Of a DNA stretch of 64,000 bases, positions 28,801 to 41,700 are shown one piece after another (position 1 is the first letter of the stretch; each line of letters starts with the position of its first letter). Source of the DNA: Antedon mediterranea (lineage: Eukaryota; Animalia; Echinodermata). Both the position numbers and the translations under genes were made by a program. The stretch spans positions 17,439,365 through 17,503,364 of the forward strand of contig NC_092678.1 of NCBI RefSeq assembly GCF_964355755.1, read 5' to 3'. Under the pieces are notes generated by a model. It saw only the letters and a list, made by a program, of their open reading frames with translations. It ran no database searches and was not told the origin of the DNA.

Positions 28801-31800
28801 GGCTTAGGTCCAATTAGGCGTGTGACTCTGACAGTGAAACAATTACAAGGTATAATTGATATAATACTAATTTAATGTTACTTTATCTCGTATTATCATT
28901 ATTTGCATGTTTTAGCTGTTTTTCATTAACTGTCTTTGCATGATTATAACAATGTTTTATCTAGATTGACTGTAATCATGTTGTACTTTCCATATCATAT
29001 GATTTCTAGACATAGATCAATATCTACGATACAATACAACCGTTAAATGACGATGATCCATGTATTCTGCTATATTTTTATTTTTCATTATGGCCGCCGA
29101 TGGTGCTACAGTAACTGAATTAAAGAGTCTTGTTCGCAAACAATACCAAAATAGAAAAAATTAAAAAGAGTAAAAGAAAGATATTACGTTTGGACATATC
29201 ACACATGAAACAGACATATTCCGTAGAAGTAGTAATTCCTAAAATAAAATAATTGTTTTTATGAGGCATAGAGTTAAACTGACGTTTTCATGAGAAGAAA
29301 ATATATAATATTTGTTCTACGTGCACAATAAGCTTATTACAACAATATTGCAGATTATACGTACGGTGAATCGGTGACGAGTCGGAGACGAACCGAACGG
29401 ATCATCCAGGATTTCTGAAAAATCTGGCCTAGTGCGCACACTTGGCGCAGCATTGTACGAAGGCGTGTCTATATTTGTTTTCGTATCTAATTTTGGCTTT
29501 CAAAAATGGTAGCGCAAAGCAATCGCTACTCCTGGATCCGCCCGCCGGAATATTTTGACAAAAAATGATGTAGGTTCAGACGTTCTGTGGTACATTTAAT
29601 TTGTATTATTTGTATGTTCCTTCTTTAAACTTCATCGTAATTTCAAATATAATAATATCAATAAAGTAGTATTGTTAACTTAGAAGTGTGTAAGTTATCC
29701 AGCACTGAAGAAAACAAACTCAATTCAAACTTAATTATTAAAGCTAAGTGTGTTCATTAATGAGATGTAAAGCTGATGAGCTGATTTTAGCATGAGGAAG
29801 TGAAAATATGGAGGGAGGGGAACATATAAAATGGAGAGACACAGACATCACCTAACAAGCAAGCTATTACTGACCCAATGTGAAGGCAGAAATCAAGAAT
29901 TGTTTGATGGGATGTTCCTGCTTCCAAATTATTGTGGTCCCTTTATTTATACAATTTGAAAAGCAGAACAAAGAGGAGAAGGTGTATTTTTGTTTGTTGC
30001 CAGATGCCTATAACTCTGGTTCAAATTTTAAGTTAAGTTTATATTACGGACGGATAACGCTAATAATATACGTACCACCATATTCGGTAACCGATACGCC
30101 TCAATTATGACGTTAGTAGAGGAAGATACAAACCATTTGTTGGGCGTGCGAATATAGAACAAGTGATATTCCACCGTACGGAAGGAAAGATGACCAATGC
30201 CTCTCATAATAACATTATTTTTCATTTAATAACATTTACTATTAATGATAATAATAATTTACTTTAAAACAAACGAATAACAAGTAGGCCTATCATTACA
30301 CACAATACAACTACATACAGGAGCTTAGTCTGGGCTCCAGACGGAGTTTTGTCTTAATATTAGTAAAAATATAAATATTTTTGCACATATGGCGTTTCAT
30401 ACGTGTATTACTTGAGTTTGGATACTCCGTCTGGGGAAACACGCACAAGTCACGTGGTTTGACACCAAGAATTCTTGGTGCATACGATTATCCGGTTGAC
30501 TACTTTCAGCTGCATGCGATTGGCTACTCACTCGTACACTGTTTTAATATTCATATTTCAGAATTTCAAAGACTCAACATCTACGACGATGCGCATGCGC
30601 TATATTACGTTTAGACAATGTGTACTTGGGTACATTGATGAAAGTTTCTGAAAGCTAGAAATGATTTTATATGCCTAGTAGTCTGGTAAACATTTGATGG
30701 GATTTTTCCCAAGAACATGAAAACTCGTCTTGATATGATAGGCTAGCTTCTCCGCAAATCAAACATTGAATGGATCATTTATTATGCGGAGATAATTTAA
30801 TTTATTTCCCACCCATCCATACCCTGTCCTGTTCTTTGTGGTGGTGTAGCCCTGTTGTGTGCCGGTGTAGCCCTGTTATGTGCCGGTCGGTGGTGGTATG
30901 TACCTTATTGGCGTTCTATTTGGCAGGTCATACGTACGAGTTGAGTATCCCTACGAAGGAGGCCTAGGCCAGGACTAAACAAATAATAAACAAAACAACT
31001 TGGCAACACGATTTTATATTTCAACAGTTGTTCAGTCTCGATCGTACATTCAGCACTGTATGTACTCTATCTTTTTCATTTTGAAACAAAATGATCATTG
31101 GTTGATTCGAAATCCATATTTACATACCGCCCGCCCCATATAGCCAAATACGGTATGATAACCTACGTCATTCTTATCGGATGTTTGCTAGTCTGGGCTC
31201 CAGACGGAGTTTTGTAAAAATATAAATATTTTTGCACATAATATGGCGTTTCATACGTGTATTACTTGAGTTTGGATACTCCGTCTGGGGAAACACGCAT
31301 AAGTCACGTGGTTTGACACCAAGAATTCTTGGTGCATAAATTATCCAGTTGACTAGTTTCAGCCGCATGCCATTGGCTACTCACTCGTACGTCGTTTTAA
31401 TATTCATATTTCAGAATTTCAAAGACTCAACGTCTAAGACGATGCGCATGCGCTATGTTACGTTTAGACAATGTGTACTTGGGGTACATTGATGAAAGTT
31501 TCTGAAGGCTAAAAATGATTTTATATGCCTAGTAGTCTGGTAAACATTTGATGAGATTTTTCCCAAGAACATGAAAACTCGTCGTGATATGATAGGCTAG
31601 CTTCTCCGCCAAATCAAACATTGAATGGATCATTTATTATGCGGAGAAAATTTGATTTAATTCCCACCCAGACCCTGTCCTGTTCTGTGTGGTGGTGTAG
31701 CCCTGTTGTGTGCCGGTCGGTGGTGGTATGTACCTTATTGGCGTTTTATTTGGAAGTACGTACGAGTTGAGTAGCCCTACGAACCCGCCTACGATCGAAG

Positions 31801-34800
31801 GAGGACTAGGCCAGAACAATTAATAAACAAAACAACTTGGCAACACGATTTTATATTTCAACAGTTGTTCGGTCTCGATCGTACATTCAGCACACTGTAC
31901 GTACGTACTCGATCTTTTTCATTTTGAAACAAAATGATCATTGGTTGATTCGAAATCCATATTTACATACCGCCCGCCCCATATAGCCAAATACGGTATG
32001 ATAACCTACGTCATTCTTATCGGATGTTTGCGGTTTGCAAATCGATTTCTATACGTGTTTCACAAGTCTGTATTTTCAGACTAAAATTGCGGTCGAAATA
32101 AAAACAAATACATAAAAAAAAGACAATAAATACAGACTTGGGGCAAGTCTAACAGGAGCTTTGCGTTAAAATAAAGGTTTAGGGATCAATCATAATCAAA
32201 CAAAAACCGGCCTGTTATATTATTTTATTTTTAGATAAATATTCTATCTTTGCAAAGAGTAAAACATGATGTGACAATAAGTGTGATTATATTACAACGA
32301 AAATATACTATTTTCAAAAGTATGATAAACAAGAGAAAGCACTCACAGTTCTGTCAATGATGTCAAGCCATGAAACACATTTGCTGGTAATGTAGTTATT
32401 TGGTTACTGTACAAATACCTGAAAACCGTGAAAAAATGCAATCAATAATTATATATACAGTACCAAAGGATAGTACGATAAAAAAATATCTATTGTATTA
32501 ATTTTTAAATACAAACAAAAAATAACAACATATATCAGCTATATTGTGCCAACAGAGGCCAAATAGGTTTCTGTCCGGTTAGGCGTGTCACTCTAGCAGT
32601 AAAACAATTACTTGTTTAATGTTACTTTAGCACGTATTATCTTTATTTGCATGTTTTACATGTTTTTCATTAACTGATTCCCATGATATAACTATGTTTT
32701 TTTTCTGAATTTACTAATCATGTTGTAATTGCCATATCGTATGATTTCTGGATTTAGATCAATATCTACGATACAATACAACCCTTAAATGACGTTAAAT
32801 CCATGTAATCTTCTATATTTTTATTATTTTTCATTATGGTCGCCGGTGGTGCTACATTAACTGAATTAAAGAGTCTTGTTCGCAAACATTACCAAAATAG
32901 AGAAACTCAAAAAGAGCAAAGAGAAAGATATTACATTTGAACGTATACACATGAAATATTCTGTAGAAGTATTAATTCCTAAAACAAAATGATTTTTTTA
33001 TGAGGCATAGAGTTAAACTGAGAAGAAGCTATATAATATTTGTTCCACGTGCACAGTAAGCTTATTACAACACTATTGCAGATTATACGTGAATCAGTGC
33101 CGAGTCGGTGACAAACCAAACGGATCATCCAGGATTTCTGAAAAAATCTGACCAATTGCGCATCCTTTGCGCAGCATTGTACGGAGGCGTGTCTATTTTT
33201 GTTTTCGTATCTAATTTTGGCTTTAAAAACATGTCAGCCCAATGCAATCGCTACCCCTGGATCCGCTCCGTCGGAATATTGTCGATATAAAATGATAGAG
33301 GTTCAGACGTTCTGTGGTACATTTAAATTGTATTATTTGTATGTTCCCTCTTTAAACTTCATCTTAATTTCAAATAGAATAACATCAATAAATTAATATT
33401 GTTTACTTAGAAGTGTGCCAGTTATTCAGCACTAAAGAAAACAAAATCAGAAAAAAATTTAAACACATGCGACCACGTTTTTTGAACATTATTAAAGCTA
33501 AATGTGTTAATTAATGAGATTAATTAGTTAATTAATGCTGATTTTAGCATGAGGAAGTGAAAATATGGAGGGAGGGGAAAATATAAAATGTAGAGACACA
33601 GATATCAGCTAACAAGCAAGCTATTACTGACCCAATGTGAAGCAGAAATCAAGAATTGTTTGACGGGATGTTCCTGCTCCCAAATTATTGTGGCAAAAAT
33701 AGAAAAACTAATAGAAGAGCAAAAAGGAAGATAGTACGCCTGAACGTAGTATACATGGAACAGACAGACACCGTACAAGTGTTCATTTATAAAGGGTCAA
33801 ACTGTGCCTGGAAATAAACATAATTACTGAACCATGGCCGGTTGAATGACAACATTATTTCCACCATATACAATTTTTATACGGAACAAACAAATTTGAC
33901 AAAAACAAATATGACGAATATAAACACGAACAAAGGAAAACAAAATACATCAGATTTATGAATAACGACGTTAATTTCCGATAATTATAATTAATTAAAT
34001 CTCAATTTTATAGAAATCAAACAAGGCCATATAGATGCCTGCAGTCGCGTGCTCAAGTTAGTGTTTACCAACCGACCGCCCAACCGACCGACCGACCGAC
34101 CAACCGACCAAAATTGCTGAACATGTTTAAAAATGTTGAAAATGTTTAAAAACATTTATTTTTTTTAATTTACACGTGCGTTGCCTGTCACTTTTGACGT
34201 GCTCGTATAACGTAATTTCGAGTTAAAAAGTGAATAAAATATGATGATATTATTAAAAGAAAGGTTGTTGATGAACAACTCTAAAATGTATATAGGAAAT
34301 GTTTTTTTTTTATTTTGTATCTATTATGTTGTGTTTATTGTTTTATGTAAAAGGGTCCTGCAAAAACAGAAGTGTAAACTTCTCTATGCAGGATACTTGC
34401 CATCATTTATGCTATGAAACTGTATTTATAAACGATGAGTAAATAAATGTGAATGTGAAAACAGAAATCGGACAAAAAGAGTGCATATTAACATTTAACG
34501 CGCAATGCGTGTGCAAAAATCTGCGCACTCATGGCAATTTTTTAAACGCTTAAAATTGCCTGAACGTACTCTTATATAATCGAAAATCAATTTTGACAAT
34601 TTTGAACATGTTAAGCACGCGTACGCATGCGTTACATGCGCTACGCACGTAATTGTATTGCCATGATGATTTATGCCCTGAAATTTATGAGTACCAACTT
34701 TTATTTAATTGTGATTCATGCTTGTAAAGGTATGATGACAAACGTGATTTCATTAAATCGTGCGTAGACCGCGTAATTTTTGATTACGCACCGTGAAAAC

Positions 34801-37800
34801 ATAAAAACAAAGATTCCTGGCCATAAGGAAAATACTGTGAAAACTTGACTGTGTAAATAGGTTAACTGCACACTACAAAGTTGTGGATGAGAGTTTGGTG
34901 TAATGGATATGTATCCAGCCTCTCACAGTTGAAATCGCAGATTCAATTCCCGCATTGGATCTTACTTTTTTCATCATCCTTATTATAATTTTTTTAAATA
35001 TTTTACTATTATTATTCATTATTATAATTAATAATATTTTATTTTAAATTTTACTTTTTTACTATGACGCTAACATTACGTTAAGTCTGCTCAGTACCAG
35101 ATCGCCGGCGTTTGGAAATTGTCTCCTTTCTTTTAAGCCAGTATAATTCTTCTACATAATTTTATATGATTTATTTGTGTGTGTTAGTGCTGTATTTGAT
35201 TTGGCTAATTGCACTACAACTTTGTGAATGTGAGCATTATTTTACCCTGACCATTCAAAATGTAAACACAATTTTATGATGAGTCATTGATTTTGGTTAG
35301 AATATGATAAAAACTGTGGTCTCTAGGCAGTAAAATAGTTTTTTGTCAGATGTGACCTTGACCTACGACCTTTTCCCCTCAAAATCGAACTCGTCCGAGC
35401 TTTTGGGGAATATGTCATTGTGGCCAAATTTGGCCATATACGGATGAAAAATGTGGCCTCCAGGCTGTTCACATGATTTTCTCATTCATGCCGATGAAAT
35501 AGATACGTCATAAGTTCACCTTACTACGGAAGGATACGTACCACACTACACTAGATAACAGGTTCTTCTCATAATAAGGTGTTCATAAGAGGAAGATATG
35601 AACAAAATATTTAATAATATTGTTCCGCGTGCGTACAATAAGCTTTTTACAACATTATTGCAGATTATACGTGAATGTCGAGCATTTCTTTCCGCGTAGA
35701 CAAGTATGTAGAGAAACTTGAACATTCTTGAACATCGGATTGGATAATTGTAAGGATGAGTTTCCAGAATCTGGTTAAAATCGCATTTTACAAAATGCAA
35801 CGTTAGGCAAACGTTTTTACCTTCGGATTGAGGAAAGAAAGCGAAATCAGTGTCTACAAGAAATATCAGGGTCCAAAACAATATCAACACGGAAGCGACA
35901 GCAGTATTCATCGTATTCAAGCTAAGTACAGTACAACAAATAATCACTATAGGTCAGCAGTCACATTTGACAATTGCGGAAAACCTGACCACAAACAACA
36001 TACACTGCAGAACAATATCGAGTACGAGTACCCGACCCAGTAGATATTCTATATATAATACATTGTTAATTTCCGGGTGAAATTGTTTCTTTTTTTTGTG
36101 TTTTTGTATGATTTGTATATAGATGTACTATCCGAAATAAAGAAAATGAATGAATGGGTGAATAGTGTACCGTAATTTTACAAGTTATATTATTGGCCTA
36201 ATACAACATCATGGTATTTAGACACAGTTAAACAATTAACAATGATTTACTTACAATTGTAAAGCTTTTAAATGTTTACAAGTAAGGACAAAAATGAGAA
36301 TAAACACTTACAGTGTAACCAATGACGTCAAACCAACAAATGCATTTTCATGCAATGTAGTAATTTTGTTACTTCTTAAATCCCTTAAAAATAAAAACAT
36401 GAATACTTGGTAAAATAAGAGTTCACGAGTTGAGGTTTTCTTTTTTGGGAAAAAATAGGTACAGTTTGGTGTGTATGTCAGCGGACAAAATAGTGACCGT
36501 AAAATAATGTATCTGTATTGTAACTGTTAGTGTGTATTACGTGTCAGTGAAAATTAAAGAGGGTCGATAACGGTACAAACGTTAAAAATTAATATTATTA
36601 AAATTAATATACAAAGTTTATCGATCAAGTACGTATCAAGTTCAAACTATCAAACACGTCACAGGAAGCGTGGACAAATATCGAAGACGTGTGAAACTTC
36701 GAAGGAAAAAAAATTAAACCTTCCTATGTCATCTGTTATTTTTGGTAATGCTCACTCACTCAAAAACAAGTTTAGTGAATTTGCTGCAAATGCCAGTATT
36801 CGAATACAGAGACAGTTGCCTTATGGCGCTCATTGAAATTTGGCTAAATGAATCTGTTTCATATCATGGATCAAAAAATTGTTCTTGTAATCTGGAATTA
36901 TTATCAGTTGCTCGTCGTCCCTTTTACTTGAAAAGGGAATTCTAGCAGGTTCTAGTCATCATTATCTATATACACCCGAAAGCAGACTTCAAAGTAGCTT
37001 GCGCTAAAGTCGTTGAGATAGATAGACAACTAAGCTGCAAATCACCAGATTCAATAAAGCTGTTACTTTGTGACTTTAACAAAGGATCCTATGAAGAGCT
37101 TGCAAACGTAATTCCACACCTTCATCATGTAAATGTCGCTACGAGAGAAGGCACTATACTTGGTATGCGCTATGGAAATGTTAAAAATGCTTATACAGCA
37201 AAGATATGTCTAAGCACTGGGTGGTCAGATCACAACATGATCCCAAGCTATAATTTACGAACATAGGAAGCCTCAAAATTAATATGATACGCACATATCT
37301 TAGTGCCGTTAATTGTGATATTCATTAGGCCTACATTAGGCCTGGGTTAACCCACTGTGCAACTGTAGTGCTGTTTTTTTTTTGTTTATTCTTTAGTTCG
37401 ATTCTTCCAGCATAGTATTGTTTTATTTATTTAATCTATAGAAGGTTCATTACAATACGAACGTTAGATTATTGTAAAAAAAAAATGTTCGATAAAACTA
37501 AGTCATTGGATTTTTGTCTAGATTTGGTAGTTTTTTTTAGGTTTACGAATTAATTTTTCCTTTGGTTAAGGGGGATTGGTCGGCTGAATGTTAATAATTT
37601 GTATGATTTAGCTTTGTAATTTATTTGTCATAGGTATAATCTCTGGTCTATGAGCAAGTGCAAATATTCTACAATTCAGACTCGACTCAATGAAATTAAG
37701 CAAATTTTGTTTAGGAATTAATGTTAGATGGTGTGAGATAAAACGAGAAAATGTCAAGTTTATAACATGAAATGAAATTGAAGATGAGTACCACTTTTTG

Positions 37801-38688
37801 TTAATAATTATGTTAATACAACTTAAATTTATCGTTTGATTTCTTTTGCAAAATACACTAAATTAGGAAAAACATATTTTATGTTGTATCCGCTTTAATA
37901 ATAAAGAATAAATCAAAGAATTTGTTATTGTTCGCAGTCATACCACCATTATAACGCTTTAACAAATATTTTAACCTTTCCACGTATTAATGCTTTAGTG
38001 TACTAATATTACAAAATATTGTAAGACTTCAGCACGTTACCCTGAACGTCATGGTATTTGGAAACAGTTAAACCTACCCTAAATGTATAATCACAATTAA
38101 CATGATTTACTGACAATTGTAAACAGCAACCTGAAATCAAATCAAATCAAATCTATATTCGTTTCATATATAAAAACGTAGCAAGTAAGTACTTGTCAAC
38201 TGGTTTAACCAAAAATTTAACATTTATTTATTAAATAAAAAATGTACATTGTTTTCCTCGACAGAAAAATATGGTAAAACATTCACAATTACATCATACA
38301 TAGAACACATTTACACTTTAAAAACATTAATTAAAACATCCATCAACTGTAAAACTTTGAAATATATATATTGCATGTGCGTTATTATGATCTAACAATC
38401 TTTGAGTTAAAATATGCGTTGAATATGGTACAAAGGACAGTCGGTTTCTTGACGTATCAGCTCTGAGAGCCTTTACATTTTTATAAGATGTATTTGCCGT
38501 CTAGCACGTGAAAGTATTCTTCCTTCTCTGTGCCTAAGGCAGAATTGGAAGGAAAACATCAGTATACATTTGCCAAAAAGTGACATAAAAGTATAAAGAA
38601 TACTCGATAAAAATACTTTATAATAATCTCATATAGCGCCGCTACATACTCGCACATTATTTGTTTAATAATTTAAGCAGATTCTGAA

Positions 38689-38762
<74 letters not shown>

Positions 38763-41700
38763 TTCAGAATCTGACTTTTTCTCATTCTCACAGATTTCTT
38801 CATCTTTATCGTTTCAAATTAATTAATTAAATTTCAGTATATCACCGGGCGGTTTAGAATTAATGTTCTTTGCCTCTTGTGTTTATATATATATATATAT
38901 ATATCAAAATACTACGTATGTAAAGATCAACGACTGTAACAATAACATCGGTGGATTTGAGGACAACCCTGAATACCTGTAATATAATAAATTACAAACA
39001 GTAATATAACTTAAAACTTAAAATCATCAGCTAACATACCATTTTATCCGCTTTGACAATACAGAATAAATCAAAGAAGTTGTTATTGTTCACAGTCATA
39101 CCACCATAATGCTTCACTTTGAATGTACCGTAATTTTACAAGTAATATTTAACAGTTAAACCTACCGTTAAATGTATAATTTCAGAAATAACATGATTTA
39201 TTTGAATTTTTATAAGTAAGAAAACAAAATGAGAATAAACACTTACAGTATAACCAATGATGTCAAACCACCAAATGCATTTTCATACAATGTAGTAATG
39301 CCGTTACTGCTTAAATCCCTTCAAAATAAAAACAGTTGGTAAATAACAGTTCACGAGTTGAGGTTTTCTTCTTTGGGGAAAATAGGTACAGTTTGGTGTG
39401 TATGTCAGTGGATAAAATAGTGACCCGTAAAATAATTTATCTGTATTGTACTATTATTGTGTATTACTGTACGTGTTAGTGAAAATTAAAGAGAATCGAT
39501 AACGGTATAACAAACGTTAAAATATTATTCAAATTATAAATACAAAATAAATTGATTTAGTACGTACTGTAGTACGTCAGGAATAGGTTGTTCGTTTATA
39601 TAATTACTAATCTAAGACGGAGAGATAACATTTTAATACATCTTAAAGGCAATTGAAAAATAATCAATCCCTTACTAAAAGCCGAAAAGTAGCAAGAGTG
39701 TGCAACTTATTTGTTATAGAATAGAGAAAAATAGTGCATGTTTAGACACAAACCAGCAAAGCTGATGTAATCTGAGGGTAGCCTACAATAATTAAAGTAC
39801 ACGTATAACTAAACGATAAAGAAAGAAATGTATACATAAATCAATGTCAAATAACTACTGTAGCTCGATGATATCAAACGGCGCATCTACACACTCATGA
39901 CATTGATTCAATCCGAAAAGTTTACATTGACAAGAAAAGTCAGCATTTTTTTAAAGTTATGTATAATCAACTACCAAAATAATAATAAACATTTTTAAAA
40001 TACCGTTTGTTATCTAATTTACGGACGTAGGAAGTCTAAAATCAATATATATGTACATATTTGTTATTTAGTGCCTTTGATTAACATTAACATCCGTTAC
40101 TCTATTGTGTTAACCCACTGTGTAATAATAGTGCCTGTTTCTGTGGTTAATTGCGCGGTGCAATGCTGGTTTTTCAATTGAGGATTTTTCAATTCTGTTC
40201 TCGCACGATTTTATTATTCTATTTTATGAAAAGATGAGGGGCATTTTGGAAACACATTTTTTATACAATTCGAATGAGTGTACGATGTATTAACCAATTT
40301 ACAGAACTTACGTATCGAAAAAAAACACCATGGACTGAAATCGTGGTTTTGTGTGGATGTGCTAATTGGAATGATTCGTTTACGCCAGTCCTGTACTTTT
40401 ACAATTAACTAATATTAATTTTCCGTTGTATCATTTTCATTTCTATATTTTGTAATAAAAATAATATAATCATAATAACAATTTTTTTTTTTAATATAAG
40501 CTTTAGAATTAACGTAACTGCGATCAACGTTTCAATGTTACTACGCTTGTCTTATGAAAGCTTACAGTTTGCACAAAACAGGTTCTTTGATGATACTTAC
40601 AAGAATGTTATTGGTTGATGATTATTGTAGTTCCTGACGGATTCTGCTGTTGTATTAATATATTTCCGACAGCTTAAGTAGTTAAATATGCAATCGCATC
40701 CAGTTGGACATATCTGTTTTAGGAATAATAATTGTTCTGTAAAAAAAAAATGTTTGTGAAATTAGGTACTAGTTTTGAATTTACCTAAATGGACAGTAAA
40801 ACAATAGCTATAAAAATGTAATAACTATGTTTGTCATTTAACTATTAATTGTATAGGACTTGGCTCTTGAGTAGGACTAGACGTTGTGAAAAGGTAGATG
40901 TATCTTAAGTTTAGGTCATTCTTCAAAGATATCATAATCTAATATCATTTTGATACATTACTGTTGTACATGTGCAATTTTGGATTTGTGGATTTGACGC
41001 ACACTGGTTAAATATTGATCTCTTTTTTCTTCAAAGGTCTCTCAATTCCGTGTCCAATTACGTCTGCCAGTGGAATTTGTATAGTCTCTAACAATGCACC
41101 ATCGCCGAGTTAGCTCATTGGCCGCCTTCTCCAGAGTAGGGGTCAAAGAGCCAGTGTTGTGGTGGAATAATGTTTTATAATTCAGGTGATTCATTATTAG
41201 TAGTAATATATACCGTACAGTCCAATGAATAATTCATAAATTAATTAATGAATATTAATATATTAATTATGAGTGTAGTATTTATGAATAATTAATATTT
41301 TAAAGGGTATTATTTATTAATAAATTAATAAATTAATTAATTATGAGGGGTAGTTTTTATGAATAATTAATATTTTAAAAGTAGTTTTTATGAATATTAA
41401 TATTTTTAAGGGTATTATTTATGAATAAATGAATTAATTAATTTGTTTAGCGATCTCAGTCCAATGTATAAGTAATAAGTAATGAGATGTTTTTATATTC
41501 ATGAATATTAATATATTTTTATTAATATGAGGGGTGTTTTAATGAATTATTAGTAAATGAGTGATAGTTTTACGTATAATGTTTAAACGTAATACATGTA
41601 TTACATAATGTTTAAATAAATATTTACATTTAAATATTAAAGACAATGTGCTTACCTTCATTGAGAAGTCTGATGTACAGTTTAATGAATAAAATCCACA

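Noticed and set aside
35546-36080. Overlapping ORFs including a 133-aa hydrophobic one
   Set aside because: No domain or splice support, and the region includes pieces of the duplicated intronic repeat.
13820-39318. VLR-like somatic assembly from germline LRR cassettes
   Set aside because: All cassettes have ordinary splice sites and lie in order within one gene. No incomplete germline gene or recombination signals are visible, so splicing explains the layout.
40714-40716. Alternative acceptor immediately before ICPTGC
   Set aside because: It would be phase 0 and out of frame with the CUB exon; the stronger T10-ACAG acceptor at 40737 gives the correct phase.
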